Under the pieces are notes generated by a model. That model did not search any database, was not told where the DNA came from, and worked only from the letters and a program-made list of their open reading frames with translations. Shown one piece after another: positions 28,577-38,397 of a DNA stretch of 64,000 nt; positions within the stretch are counted from its first letter, which is position 1; each line of letters starts with the position of its first letter. The stretch comes from Candidatus Latescibacterota bacterium (GTDB lineage Bacteria; Latescibacterota; UBA2968), in NCBI GenBank assembly GCA_965208125.1, contig OZ242320.1, positions 4,320,001 through 4,384,000 of the forward strand, in the 5' to 3' direction. The position numbers were made by a program, and so were the translations under genes.

Positions 28577-31062
28577 TTATTCATTCCGCAAGGCATCTAC
28601 AGGATTTGATCGAGCTGCCTTCATTGTCTGGAAACTCACTGTGATCATGGCAATAAGGAAAGCCAAGATACCACTTAACATAAAAAACTCAAATCCAAGA
28701 TCTACCCGATACGCATAATTCTGAAGCCACTGCCACAGGGCATAGTAGCCAATCGGCCAGGCCAAGAGATTTGCAAGTGCGACCAACTTTGCAAAATCAC
28801 TGGATAGCAACATAACAATATTGGATACAGACGCTCCCAATACCTTGCGAATGCCGATTTCTTTTGTACGGTATTGCGCACTCAATGTGGCCAACCCAAG
28901 TAACCCCAAGCAGGCAATCAAAATACCAAGGGTTGAAAAGAAACCAAAAATATAGCTCAGTTTTCTTTCATTTTTATAGATTCGATCCAAATTCTCATCA
29001 AGAAAAGAAAATGTGAATGGACGATTGGGTATATACCTTTCCCAGACTTTTTGTACAAATGCCAGTGTTTGAGATAAATCTTCAGATTTGACCTCTAGGT
29101 ATAGTAGCCTTGCCTCATGAAATTCTGCAACCAATACGAGTCGTCCGATTTTTTCGTCAAGAGGTTTGTAATGAAAATCTTTGACAACACCGACGACTGT
29201 GCCGGAGCGTAGTCCATCTGGGTAGAACGTGCCTCCAACCTTCCAAGCAAATCGTTTCCCTATTGGATTTGTCCAACCCAATTGCTCGACCGCTGTTTCA
29301 TTCAAGATAAACCGCTCGTCTAATTTTTCCCTCAGTCTTTGCGGGTTTGTTGTTTCGGCATATGATCGCGTGAAATTCCGGCCTGATACGCATTTAATGC
29401 CATAGAAATCTAGAAAATCCTCATCCACGATTATCACATCCATACTGTACGTGGATTTTCCTTCGGGATGGAATGTCTCTACTGTTGCTCCTTCTCCAAC
29501 AGGGCCACGGGTGGTTGTTGCTCTGAGAATATTGGGATGCGTCGTGAATGCCTGCTTGATGGCGTTGTATTGGCTCTTGAAAAGCGTGGGATTGATCATC
29601 TGGTTGCTATTCGCTGCCTCAAAAATTGGAACTTCAATAATCTGCTCGCGGTCGAATCCCAGATTCTTATTTCGAAGAAATTTCTGTTGACTGTAAACAC
29701 CCCAAGTGACAACCATCAATAAAATGGCAAGAGCAAATTGTCCTACAACCAAACTCTTGCGAAGCCGAGTAGAGACGTTTGTAGCGGATTTACCTCTCAA
29801 CATTGAAACAGGGCGAAATGTCGATAAGACAAATGCCGGATAACTCCCTGCCAGAATACCGACGATGAATATAAGACCGAAAAGGCTGAGCAATAACTGG
29901 GTTGTGTTGACATTGAGTGTAATAGCGCGATCAAAAAACGAATTGAAAGTTGGCAATGCCAATTCTACCAACACCAAAGCCAAGATAAGCGCCATACAAG
30001 CAAAAAATATAGATTCGCCCAAAAATTGTGTGATGAGCTGCAATCGGTTTGCACCGACAACCTTACGAAGCCCGACCTCTCGCCTCCGCCCAATTGCACG
30101 AGCAGTTGTTAGGTTTATAAAATTCACACAGGCAATTACTAAAATAAAAATAGCAAGCAAAGAAAACAAATACACATTTTGAATGTCACCATGAGGTTTA
30201 CTGGTCTCTGGAGTACCACGATTCTCAATTTTGATGCCATAATCATGATTGGAGTATAGATGGATGCGGTTTAGGGGCTGCAAATGATATTGAATGTTAT
30301 TTGCAGCTGCTTCGCCCAGGTATTTCGGAATCAGATCTGAAAGTTTGCCTTCAAGTTGATTCGCATCATAACCTTCTTTAAGCAAAATATAGCTTTCTAC
30401 AGGACGCACCCCTCTCGGTTTCCAAGCCATCCATTTTTCTTGCCATCGCCCATTTTTAGTCGCCGATAAAATATCGAACCGAATGGCCGTCTGCTCAGGC
30501 ATATTTTTTAAGACGCCTGTAACGTGATGCGCATAATCTTTGTCGTCTTCCTCGATCAGAATGGTTTTGCCAATCGGATTTTCAGTGCCAAACAGTTTGT
30601 GTGCAAGTCTTTGAGTGATTAAAACGGAACCTGGTTCTGAGAGAACCGTTTCGGGATCGCCTTGAATCAGTGGAAAGTCAAAAACCTGTAGAACATTCTC
30701 GTCTGTAAGGCAAAAGGCTTGTTTGTATATTCTCTTATTGTCAGCAATTATTGTTCTTTGCCAGCGATGGATACGCAAAGCCTCAGAAATTTCAGGATAT
30801 ACATCCTGATTCAAGACTTCTACGAGACCTCCTAATGTGCGCTCACTAAAAGCTGCTTGGTCAACTGTTTTAGTCTCTCGAATCACCCTGTAAATTTGAT
30901 CTCGATTCCTTTGGTTCTGATCAAAACCTAATTCATAGTCGATATAGAGGCCTATCAGGATACAACAAGCCAAACCAATGGCTAACCGATAATGTTTAGA
31001 GCTGAGTAGAAACGATGGTTTATCAGGTTTCTCAGCATTATTTTGAGATAATTTTTCAGCAT
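28577..31062 (-). CDS. ABC transporter permease (MacB/FtsX-type), 1-nt frameshift near 30985
   Basis: MLKNYLKIMLRNL start at 31062; RRREVGLRKVVGA and KEIGIRKVLGAS motifs. Confidence 0.85.
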
Positions 31063-31109
31063 GTGTCTGCCCTCAAAGAAGTGATTTCGGTTATTGGCAA
31101 TTTCAGTTC

Positions 31110-31496
31110 TCATGAAATCAACATAATGGATGCACTCTGGGGATTATTGAGGTAGAGTATGAAAAGGAGGTTGGAGTGGAAGGCTGTTCTGTCTTTGAAG
31201 CCTTCTGGAAAACTGCATTGTTCTGTTCGCAATGCTGTAAGCCTCTTAAAGCTTTTGCAAAGGATAGCCAGATACTCAGGATTAACGTCCACAGCCAGAA
31301 TGTCGTTTAACTCCGAAGCCCGAGTGCTCTCCAAACCATTACCTATACCCGCGCCCAAATATAGGAGCGATTTCGGCTCAAATCGTATCAGGCAATCTGT
31401 AAGATGTTTCCGAATCATCTCGCCTTGCCGCACCGATTTATGTTCCATGTGAATCTTGTAGTCAGCAGCGGGAACTGTCAGCCATGGATTGATCAT
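31110..31496 (-). pseudogene. Class I SAM methyltransferase, C-terminally truncated
   Basis: LYLGAGIGNG and AVDVN; protein ends prematurely. Confidence 0.6.
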
Positions 31497-31518
31497 AGTT
31501 AGGTTCAAATTTGTTACT

Positions 31519-31716
31519 GCCGAAGATGTGAGCCCATTCACTAGGTTCTGTCTGAAAAGTCACTTTTAAGCCTGAAATGACCTGTAAGCGATTTTATCAG
31601 ACAGCTTATTTTATAGGGTTTGGTAAATAGCCCAAATCGGCATTTAGAGGAAATTCAGACTTTTCAGACACTACCTAAGAAGCATAAGCGACGCCGCGTG
31701 AATCGCTGTGTTAAAT
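31519..31716 (-). repeat. attC-like site interrupted by a MITE
   Basis: ATTCAC/GTGAAT stem spans the MITE; GTTAAATGTA (31710-31719) is the inverted repeat of TACATTTAAC (32228-32237). Confidence 0.6.
31544..31675. mobile_element. 132-bp MITE related to the IS5 at 45189-46125
   Basis: Ends GGTTCTGTCTGAAAAGT / ACTTTTCAGACACTACC, flanked by TA. Confidence 0.9.
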
Positions 31717-31746
31717 GTAGTGATCTCTCGGCTTGTTTCAGGCACT

Positions 31747-32196
31747 CTATTTAAGTGCAAATTCTAATAAGGGAATAGGGCGCCCCGGAATGGCCCCGGA
31801 AGGTGCTTCTCCAATTCGAACGGAACCTCTTGATAAATAAAATGATTCTGCATATGGGTCTGAGGGGATAGACAATTTGTGAAAACCTAACTGTCTCGCT
31901 TGATCAATCGCATGATCCCAAAGTCTCTTTCCATATCCTTGGCCTATTTTGCTTGGCTCAATAAATAAATCAGACAGTTCGAGTTCATTCTCTCTGATTT
32001 CTAACCTATAAAAGCCGACGATCTGTCCCATTTCTTCTACTACATAGACGGTGTGATGGCTAATATCTTGTTGGGTATAAGTTAGATCCTGGCGGCATGC
32101 TTCAAGAAAATCTGCATCGTAGTTCCAATGCGCTTTTGAGCACATTGCAAGGTTACTCAACGCTTCATTTTCGTCAGCTTTTGCAGTTCTGATCAT
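31747..32196 (-). CDS. GNAT family N-acetyltransferase
   Basis: FIEPSKIGQGYG and SDPYAESFY. Confidence 0.9.
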   Translation of the reverse strand: MIRTAKADENEALSNLAMCSKAHWNYDADFLEACRQDLTYTQQDISHHTVYVVEEMGQIVGFYRLEIRENELELSDLFIEPSKIGQGYGKRLWDHAIDQARQLGFHKLSIPSDPYAESFYLSRGSVRIGEAPSGAIPGRPIPLLEFALK

Positions 32197-32230
32197 TGGC
32201 GTGATCCCGATAATATGTATTTCTCATTAC

Positions 32231-32283
32231 ATTTAACGGTTTATGGCTTGCGAACCGAGCAGGGGGTGGACGAAGGCCGACGG
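32231..32283 (-). repeat. attC-like site, partial
   Basis: ATTTAACGGTTTATGGCTTGCGAACC...CGAAGGCC resembles the left half of 44220-44310. Confidence 0.6.
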
Positions 32284-32413
32284 CTCTTGAAAAGAATCCC
32301 CGCCAGAAAACTTATCTCGCAGGGATTTTATGGTGCAGAAATGGTTGATAATGGCAGACTAAATTTGCTACGCGGCATACCTACAGGAGTCAATAGTGTA
32401 GAATATCAAACGA

Positions 32414-32599
32414 TCAACCTAAATTTTCAGTCACTGGTTTGGATTCTATCAATTGATCCTGATACTCTTTCTGGCGTTCCATATAGTAAGCGACCAGTTG
32501 TGCAGGATCATGGTCGAAACGTGCTGAGATACGGTGACGTATCTTCCGAATTTCGTCTATGACTGGGTCATTCTGATTCTTTTTCATTGTTGTCTCCAA
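32414..32599 (-). CDS. Small protein, putative antitoxin partner of the PIN protein
   Basis: DPVIDEIRKIRHRIS; overlaps the PIN gene stop. Confidence 0.65.
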   Translation of the reverse strand: METTMKKNQNDPVIDEIRKIRHRISARFDHDPAQLVAYYMERQKEYQDQLIESKPVTENLG

Positions 32600-33062
32600 G
32601 TAGCTCTAAGGGCGTGACCAAGGTTGGCACATATAGCCCCAGCAAAGTATTCACGCGGCGAATGTGGCCAAATTTGTTTGCATTGGCCAAATGACGACAA
32701 TTCCAGGTGGCCAAAAATTCGCATTTGTGAAAAGACGCCAGTGCCAAATGGATCGCATCACCTCCAGGATCAGCGGGCATTACCTTGTGCTGAATGTACG
32801 TCTGTACGATTTCCAAAATCGCTGGCTCGATGGCCAAAAGGGGTAGGTCCCTAACAACAGCCAATCGTAGTTCCGTGCGCTCTGGAATATCGCCCATTAA
32901 TTCGTCCAGAACTGCTGGACTTGTCACCAGGTCATATTGATTTGGCGCATTGTCCCACCACTCCCGAGTCCAGTCTCGTCGAGCTATAATATCAGGGGCA
33001 GTGCGTCTTTCGACGTAAAAACTGGGAATCGAAGTTTCAACATAGACACGTGGTTTGGCCAT
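32568..33062 (-). CDS. PIN-domain (VapC-like) protein
   Basis: VYVETSIPS, DAIHLA and TWNCRHLAN motifs. Confidence 0.85.
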   Translation of the reverse strand: MAKPRVYVETSIPSFYVERRTAPDIIARRDWTREWWDNAPNQYDLVTSPAVLDELMGDIPERTELRLAVVRDLPLLAIEPAILEIVQTYIQHKVMPADPGGDAIHLALASFHKCEFLATWNCRHLANANKFGHIRRVNTLLGLYVPTLVTPLELLGDNNEKESE

Positions 33063-33135
33063 ATTTATAAAATACCGCAATTAGCTTGGAAAGGGTAGAG
33101 TAAATTTGTTTGTCTACCAAACTTGGGATCTGCCA

Positions 33136-34026
33136 TCAACGCACCTGCCCCATAGGCCATTCCGAGGTCGGCCTACCTTGCCACGTTGATCGCCTGAAGA
33201 ATCGCCCGCCTGGGGGGCGGCTAAACCAGCTACTAATTGCGATTCCCCAAAAGTGCTCAAAGGACCTGTCTTTTAGATTTGCGTCACAGTATGCGTAGTG
33301 CGACAAGACCTCGTCGAGGAATGACTCTCCGTATATCCAGAACCCATAGAAATCCTTAGCGGGATCTGTGATTTCGACGTCTCCCCAGTCTATGATCCCA
33401 GTAAGTCTTCCGGTCAAGGGGTCATGATAGATGTGTTTGTACCAGAGGTCGTTGTGAGCCAGCACAGACTCGTATGAATGATCGATGCTTTCACTTCTTT
33501 CGATCCATGCTTCGAAAACATTGCGGACCTCACATTGAAGCTCGTCAGCCCGTTCAACGAATAACGCCTTCCACATCCTGCGACGCCTAACCGATGTGTC
33601 GCCCTCTTCTACGCCGAGGCTCCGTGCCTTCGCGACCGGGTAGCTGTGGAGTTCGCTGATGAAAACACCCAGCCTCTGAGCGGCCTCACTGCGGTTCGCC
33701 TTGGAAAGTCTCCAAAACCGCCACGGCGAGAGTCGAGTCCCCGAAATTGTGTGGTATCCCGCAAAATCTGACGCCTTCGGCACGAATGCATAGTCGGGAA
33801 TGGGTATTGCCTTCAGGTTGCTTCTAAGGGCATCCAGGACGGTCCGCTCCCTCGTCAGATTTGTATCCACATCGTTCTCGAACCGGAAAGCGATGCCATT
33901 GTCCAACAGAATCATTACATGATCGGGATCGGCAATGGTCTGAACTCTTCGGTAATTTGCCCACATGAGATCTGGAAAGGCGTTTCTGATTCTCTCCAGG
34001 TAGTAGCTGGAAGCCAATGGGGGCAT
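33136..34026 (-). CDS. Aminoglycoside phosphotransferase-like protein, copy 2
   Basis: 33121-34036 near-identical to 13779-14694. Confidence 0.85.
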   Translation of the reverse strand: MPPLASSYYLERIRNAFPDLMWANYRRVQTIADPDHVMILLDNGIAFRFENDVDTNLTRERTVLDALRSNLKAIPIPDYAFVPKASDFAGYHTISGTRLSPWRFWRLSKANRSEAAQRLGVFISELHSYPVAKARSLGVEEGDTSVRRRRMWKALFVERADELQCEVRNVFEAWIERSESIDHSYESVLAHNDLWYKHIYHDPLTGRLTGIIDWGDVEITDPAKDFYGFWIYGESFLDEVLSHYAYCDANLKDRSFEHFWGIAISSWFSRPPGGRFFRRSTWQGRPTSEWPMGQVR

Positions 34027-34062
34027 GGGGACCTGCCAAAGAGGATTAATTGTCGCGATTTC

Positions 34063-34117
34063 CGCTAACTGTTGGGTGAAGCCCGAATGGCCGAAGCCGT
34101 GTACAGTCGTGTTATGC
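34063..34117 (-). repeat. attC-like site, internally deleted
   Basis: CGCTAAC...AAGCCCGAATGG...CGTGTTATGC. Confidence 0.65.
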
Positions 34118-34196
34118 GGTGTGCTCACTTCATTACGGCAGGAGAAACTCTGTGGAAAGGTTCCGCAAGCCTGGAGTTAGTGACCGTGCTCCCTCC

Positions 34197-34673
34197 CTAC
34201 TCACGCTCCACGAAATACTTCTTAAATCCACGACTCGTCCCATCTTGCATACCAAGGCTTCTATAGAATCCCACCTGATCTTCGTTTGGACCGCTGAGTA
34301 ACTGTAGCTTGTAGCAGCCCTTCTCTTCGGCAAGGTTAATCGCAAATGTCATCAGTTTTTTCCCAAATCCTTTGCCTCTTTGTTCGCGTGCAACAACGAC
34401 ATTCTCGATGATAGCCCAAGGGCGCCCTTCGTAAGTAAAATTCGGAACGATTGCCATTATGAGGGTGGCGACTATTTCCTTGTCCGATTCGCCCACAACG
34501 ATGAATATGTTGCCGTAGTCAGACATCTCATCAAAGATCCGGATCGACTCTTCGAGTCCGAGAGTCTTGGCCGAAAGACTATGGGGACGGCTCGTGATCT
34601 GAGGAAAGAGATTTAGCAGAGATTCGACGTCTAATCTGGTCGCAACTCGGCAAGAAATGTCTGAATGATTCAT
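34197..34673 (-). CDS. GNAT family N-acetyltransferase
   Basis: IENVVV, QRGKGFG, GCYKLQL and FYRSLG motifs. Confidence 0.9.
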   Translation of the reverse strand: MNHSDISCRVATRLDVESLLNLFPQITSRPHSLSAKTLGLEESIRIFDEMSDYGNIFIVVGESDKEIVATLIMAIVPNFTYEGRPWAIIENVVVAREQRGKGFGKKLMTFAINLAEEKGCYKLQLLSGPNEDQVGFYRSLGMQDGTSRGFKKYFVERE

Positions 34674-34691
34674 CCGGTGACCTTTCTCGAC

Positions 34692-34707
34692 TACGGACGT
34701 GTTAGCA
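34692..34707 (-). repeat. Half attC-like site (R'' arm only)
   Basis: ACGGACGTGTTA is identical to the arm at 47192-47203. Confidence 0.55.
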
Positions 34708-34720
34708 GAAGTCAAGCCGC

Positions 34721-35218
34721 TCAGGCCGCAGTTAGCAAGATAGGCCAGCCATCGGTAATAACGACGGTATGCTCAAAATGAGCCGAAAGAGATCCGTTTG
34801 AGGTCCTCACGGTCCAACCGTCGCAATCTTCAACGGCCCGGGCTGGATGCTCGGCAATCATAGGCTCAATGGTGATCACAAGACCATTCGTAAGCGGCTT
34901 CGAATCGAACGGATTGTAGGTGTTTGCAACGATGGGATCTTCATGGATAACCCGACCTACCCCGTGCCCCGCAAGCTCATTGACAACCCAGAATCCTTGT
35001 CGTTTCACCTCGTGCTCTACGGCATGACCGATGCAATTGATCGGTTTGTTTGCACGAGCTACGGCCACCGCCTTTTCGAATGCCGTACGAGCACATCGAC
35101 ACAATCTATCGGCTTTCGCGGAATATGGAGGAATCGGGATGGTGATTGCTGCATCTGCAATGTAGCCATTCAGTTCAGCGGTGACATCCAGGCTTACAAT
35201 GTCACCCTGTTCCAGCAC
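34721..35218 (-). pseudogene. map: Type I methionine aminopeptidase, N-terminally truncated
   Basis: GDIVSLD, GHGVG, TIEPM and SAHFEHT present; the N-terminal third is missing. Confidence 0.8.
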
Positions 35219-35255
35219 TCGATCACCCAGAATACCGTTTTGAAGGTGATAACTT

Positions 35256-36587
35256 TCAATATTTTAGTTTTATTATTTTATTTGCTTCTCGGAGACCGCT
35301 TAAAAAAGCTCCGTGTACCGTTCCTCTATAGTCAAAAATAGTGTGTTCACCAGCAAAAAATACTTTATTGCCAATGGGTTCTTCAAACACCTCAAAATCT
35401 GAACTTCTAGAACCACTAGCAACAAATGAGTAGGCGCCGAATGAATACGGGTTTTCGTTCCATTTTGTTCTTAACATATGAGTTGGGTGAGGTATGTCGT
35501 TTCCATAAATCCTTTTAAGATGTAACATAATTTCTTTGATAATCTGTTCATTTGTCATTGTCTCGGTTTGTTTAGAGTAGTCACCAAAAGCAAAAGTCAT
35601 TAACGCATTGGCATCTGCAAACTTTTTTACATTTAAGAAGTAATTGAATTTTCCTTTTGTCTCGGGTGTATAGCCAATATATTGTAGATCTTCTTCCCAA
35701 AATATATCGTCCCAGACTAAAAGAAATTTATTTACTGTACCCATCTTCAGGTTGTTGATGGCGTTTTGGATTTTATTGGGTAAGGCTGGCGTGAATTGTA
35801 TTACGTTCTTCTTGAGTACACCTAAAGGCACAGTAACCAAAACTATATCTGCTGTATAGTTACCATTAGTTGTTTGAATAGAAACCTTATCTTTAGAATA
35901 GTCAATATCTACGACTTTTGTGTTTAATCGAACATCAATGTCCTGGGCTAAATAATTGGTTATATGGTCGTAACCATTTGTAATGATAACATCTTTGCCC
36001 TTAAAAGCTTCATCATCATCAAAATCTAATGAGGACAGCTTGTAAATATCTCCTCCAGTATCAAATTCTAAAAAGGCTGATAGCATATAAGTCCAAAGTC
36101 TTTGATTTTTGTATTGAGGATATTTTTTATAGAAAATATCTGCAAAACTCTGGTCTCTATTACCTGCCAAATTCTCTAAAATGTCGTTGTACTTATCTTC
36201 TGCTGCGTCTAGTTTTTTAGGGATATATTCAGAACCATCTATGTCAAAAACTTTAACATGGAAATCGTCTGTAAAAAAGGTTTTAGCTCCTGACGCATTT
36301 GCAAGTTTAGTAATAGGGTTTTTTATAGGACCGTGAATCCAACTTGCTCCTTCGTCAAAGGCTACTCCAAGACTTCTATCTGTTTTTAATCGTCCGCCAA
36401 CTTTCTCTTGTGCTTCTAAAACAATAGGATTAAATCCATTTTTCTTTAGTTGATTAGCAGCACTTAAACCTGAAATTCCCGCTCCAATGATGATGACGTT
36501 CTTTTTGACCTGTTTGTTTCTATTTGGACTTAGAACGCTACAGGACGAAATGGCAAAAATAAAGAAAAGTAATAATATTTTTTTCAT
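35256..36587 (-). CDS. Flavin monoamine oxidase family protein (putative lipoprotein)
   Basis: MKKILLLFFIFAISSC, GAGISG, GGR, GASWIHG and FAGEHT; strongly AT-rich. Confidence 0.9.
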   Translation of the reverse strand: MKKILLLFFIFAISSCSVLSPNRNKQVKKNVIIIGAGISGLSAANQLKKNGFNPIVLEAQEKVGGRLKTDRSLGVAFDEGASWIHGPIKNPITKLANASGAKTFFTDDFHVKVFDIDGSEYIPKKLDAAEDKYNDILENLAGNRDQSFADIFYKKYPQYKNQRLWTYMLSAFLEFDTGGDIYKLSSLDFDDDEAFKGKDVIITNGYDHITNYLAQDIDVRLNTKVVDIDYSKDKVSIQTTNGNYTADIVLVTVPLGVLKKNVIQFTPALPNKIQNAINNLKMGTVNKFLLVWDDIFWEEDLQYIGYTPETKGKFNYFLNVKKFADANALMTFAFGDYSKQTETMTNEQIIKEIMLHLKRIYGNDIPHPTHMLRTKWNENPYSFGAYSFVASGSRSSDFEVFEEPIGNKVFFAGEHTIFDYRGTVHGAFLSGLREANKIIKLKY

Positions 36588-36610
36588 AGAGATTGGTCCT
36601 AATGGCACAC

Positions 36611-36687
36611 AACTACGAGATTGACGAACAGTTACGATAATACGTACCAAATCTATGTATCTTCGACCTTGCGGAAATTCTTCCCTT
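36611..36687 (-). other. attI-like region, internal copy 2
   Basis: 67/77 identical to 47970-48046; identity stops at minus-strand GTT. Confidence 0.8.
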
Positions 36688-36711
36688 TATTTCGTGCTTC
36701 TAACCATTGCT

Positions 36712-37692
36712 TTAGCGAACGTTGGCTCTCTCCTGAAGGTCGGCCAGTCCATATATTTCCGACGCTAATATCCTCATTTTGCATGGGTTTGACTGCAAAT
36801 CTCGGTGGAAGTCGTAGGTCCAGTCAACGGGCCGGAATCCCATGTTCGCGTACAGTGAAAGGGCTGGACCGTTGTCTTCGTTCGTACCGATGATCGCGCT
36901 CCGGTATCCTAATTGCGAGGCGTCGTACAGGCCGCGCTGAAGTGTCAACCATCCGTAGCCCTTCCCCTGTTCTGCCTCCACAACGTCAACATCATTCACG
37001 CAGAGCCAAGGACCCTCTCCCTTCTTTACTTCAGATGTCCTGAATGGGCGGCTGAAGTACACACCAACCTCACTGGCGTTCAGAAACGATGTAACACGAA
37101 GTGCAGGCATGTCGCCATCCTCGGGCACAGTTTCAGATCGGAAATCCAGAGGGCAGGACGCGGGAATCGGTTCCTGCGAGAAGCACGGCCACTCAAGTAT
37201 TACGTGACCTCTACTACGAACGTAGCCACGTGCGGCCAAGAGCCCCTGGACGTGAGCCAGGTGATTCGACAAGCTGGCCTGGGGAAGAGATCTGAAGAAG
37301 GGAAAGTTTCTCGAGAAGATCGTGACCGAGGACGCATTGTTCTCCAATGCGTGAGACTCAACTGCGTTGAGTAGCATCTGGCCAGCTCGTCGGCATCCAC
37401 GTTTGTATCCGAGGAATCGGACAATTCCTCTGCCTGTAGGCCTCATGGTCCCGGTGTGTCCTTGCCCTACTAAGGCAAGCCCAACAACCTCGGAACCTGA
37501 AACAGCGACCAGCTTCACTTCTGGCTGGATCCTTCTGTTCTTTCTTCTCTCGTTTCCTCCAACGGCGAAATCAATTTCGTCGGGAGTAAGGGACCTGCAA
37601 TGCGGAACTCCACCAACCAGATCTGCGAAGAACGTAGCCAGGTCCCTCGCCATACTGCTGGTGTAGTTGACGGTTTCAATTCTGCGATTCAT
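36712..37692 (-). CDS. GNAT family protein (likely tandem GNAT)
   Basis: EQGKGYG and NGPALSLYANMGF. Confidence 0.75.
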   Translation of the reverse strand: MNRRIETVNYTSSMARDLATFFADLVGGVPHCRSLTPDEIDFAVGGNERRKNRRIQPEVKLVAVSGSEVVGLALVGQGHTGTMRPTGRGIVRFLGYKRGCRRAGQMLLNAVESHALENNASSVTIFSRNFPFFRSLPQASLSNHLAHVQGLLAARGYVRSRGHVILEWPCFSQEPIPASCPLDFRSETVPEDGDMPALRVTSFLNASEVGVYFSRPFRTSEVKKGEGPWLCVNDVDVVEAEQGKGYGWLTLQRGLYDASQLGYRSAIIGTNEDNGPALSLYANMGFRPVDWTYDFHRDLQSNPCKMRILASEIYGLADLQERANVR

Positions 37693-37758
37693 TTTTGAAC
37701 TGACCGTTCAGTCAAATTGTGAAAACCTCAAGAGAAAGTCTAATCATCTTCGCTTGTA

Positions 37759-38271
37759 TCAGTCAACCCATTTCGTCTTTGAAGTAAAGTCTTTGATTTC
37801 TTCTTCCAGGTTCCTCAGAGATTCCTCAATTTTCTTTATTTCCGCCTCCGGTGCATCCTTAAGTCGCAAGTTTTCCAATCGAAGTTGCAGGATTTCACGC
37901 TGCGTAACATAGCCGTAGCCTTTGAGTTGAGTTACAAGATTCGGGAACCCAATATGCTGCGTGTCCCAGTCCAGGATTGTGTATTGAGCTATCTTCCTGC
38001 CTTCCACTTTAAAGGTGACAGACTTCCCTTCTGCTACCTGAGAAACGTAAATAAAGCCCCGCTTCCGAAAGCGCTCATTGTCGCTATTCTCAGCGAGCAA
38101 TCGAGTTAGTCCTTGAACTTTTCGGAAGTGTTCATCGACTCTGCTCACAGCCTTGCTGAATTTCTGGTGATTGAATTGGTCCAGCCTGACTTTCCACCAA
38201 TCCTCTGCTTGTGAAACCGTTGTTGAAAGGAGTACTGCAAGTAGGGTGAAAGCAAGAATACGATTGCCCAT
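37759..38271 (-). CDS. Secreted hypothetical protein
   Basis: Signal peptide MGNRILAFTLLAVLLSTTVSQA; coiled-coil C-terminus. Confidence 0.7.
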   Translation of the reverse strand: MGNRILAFTLLAVLLSTTVSQAEDWWKVRLDQFNHQKFSKAVSRVDEHFRKVQGLTRLLAENSDNERFRKRGFIYVSQVAEGKSVTFKVEGRKIAQYTILDWDTQHIGFPNLVTQLKGYGYVTQREILQLRLENLRLKDAPEAEIKKIEESLRNLEEEIKDFTSKTKWVD

Positions 38272-38397
38272 GTGGTCCACCATTTTAAAGGAAGAGGGGT
38301 TCGGGTTGATCAGAAAGATTTCTGCGTCAGGTTCAAATTTGTTAATGCCTGAGATGTGAGCCTACTCACTGTTGTGTTATGCGGCATGCTCACTTCT

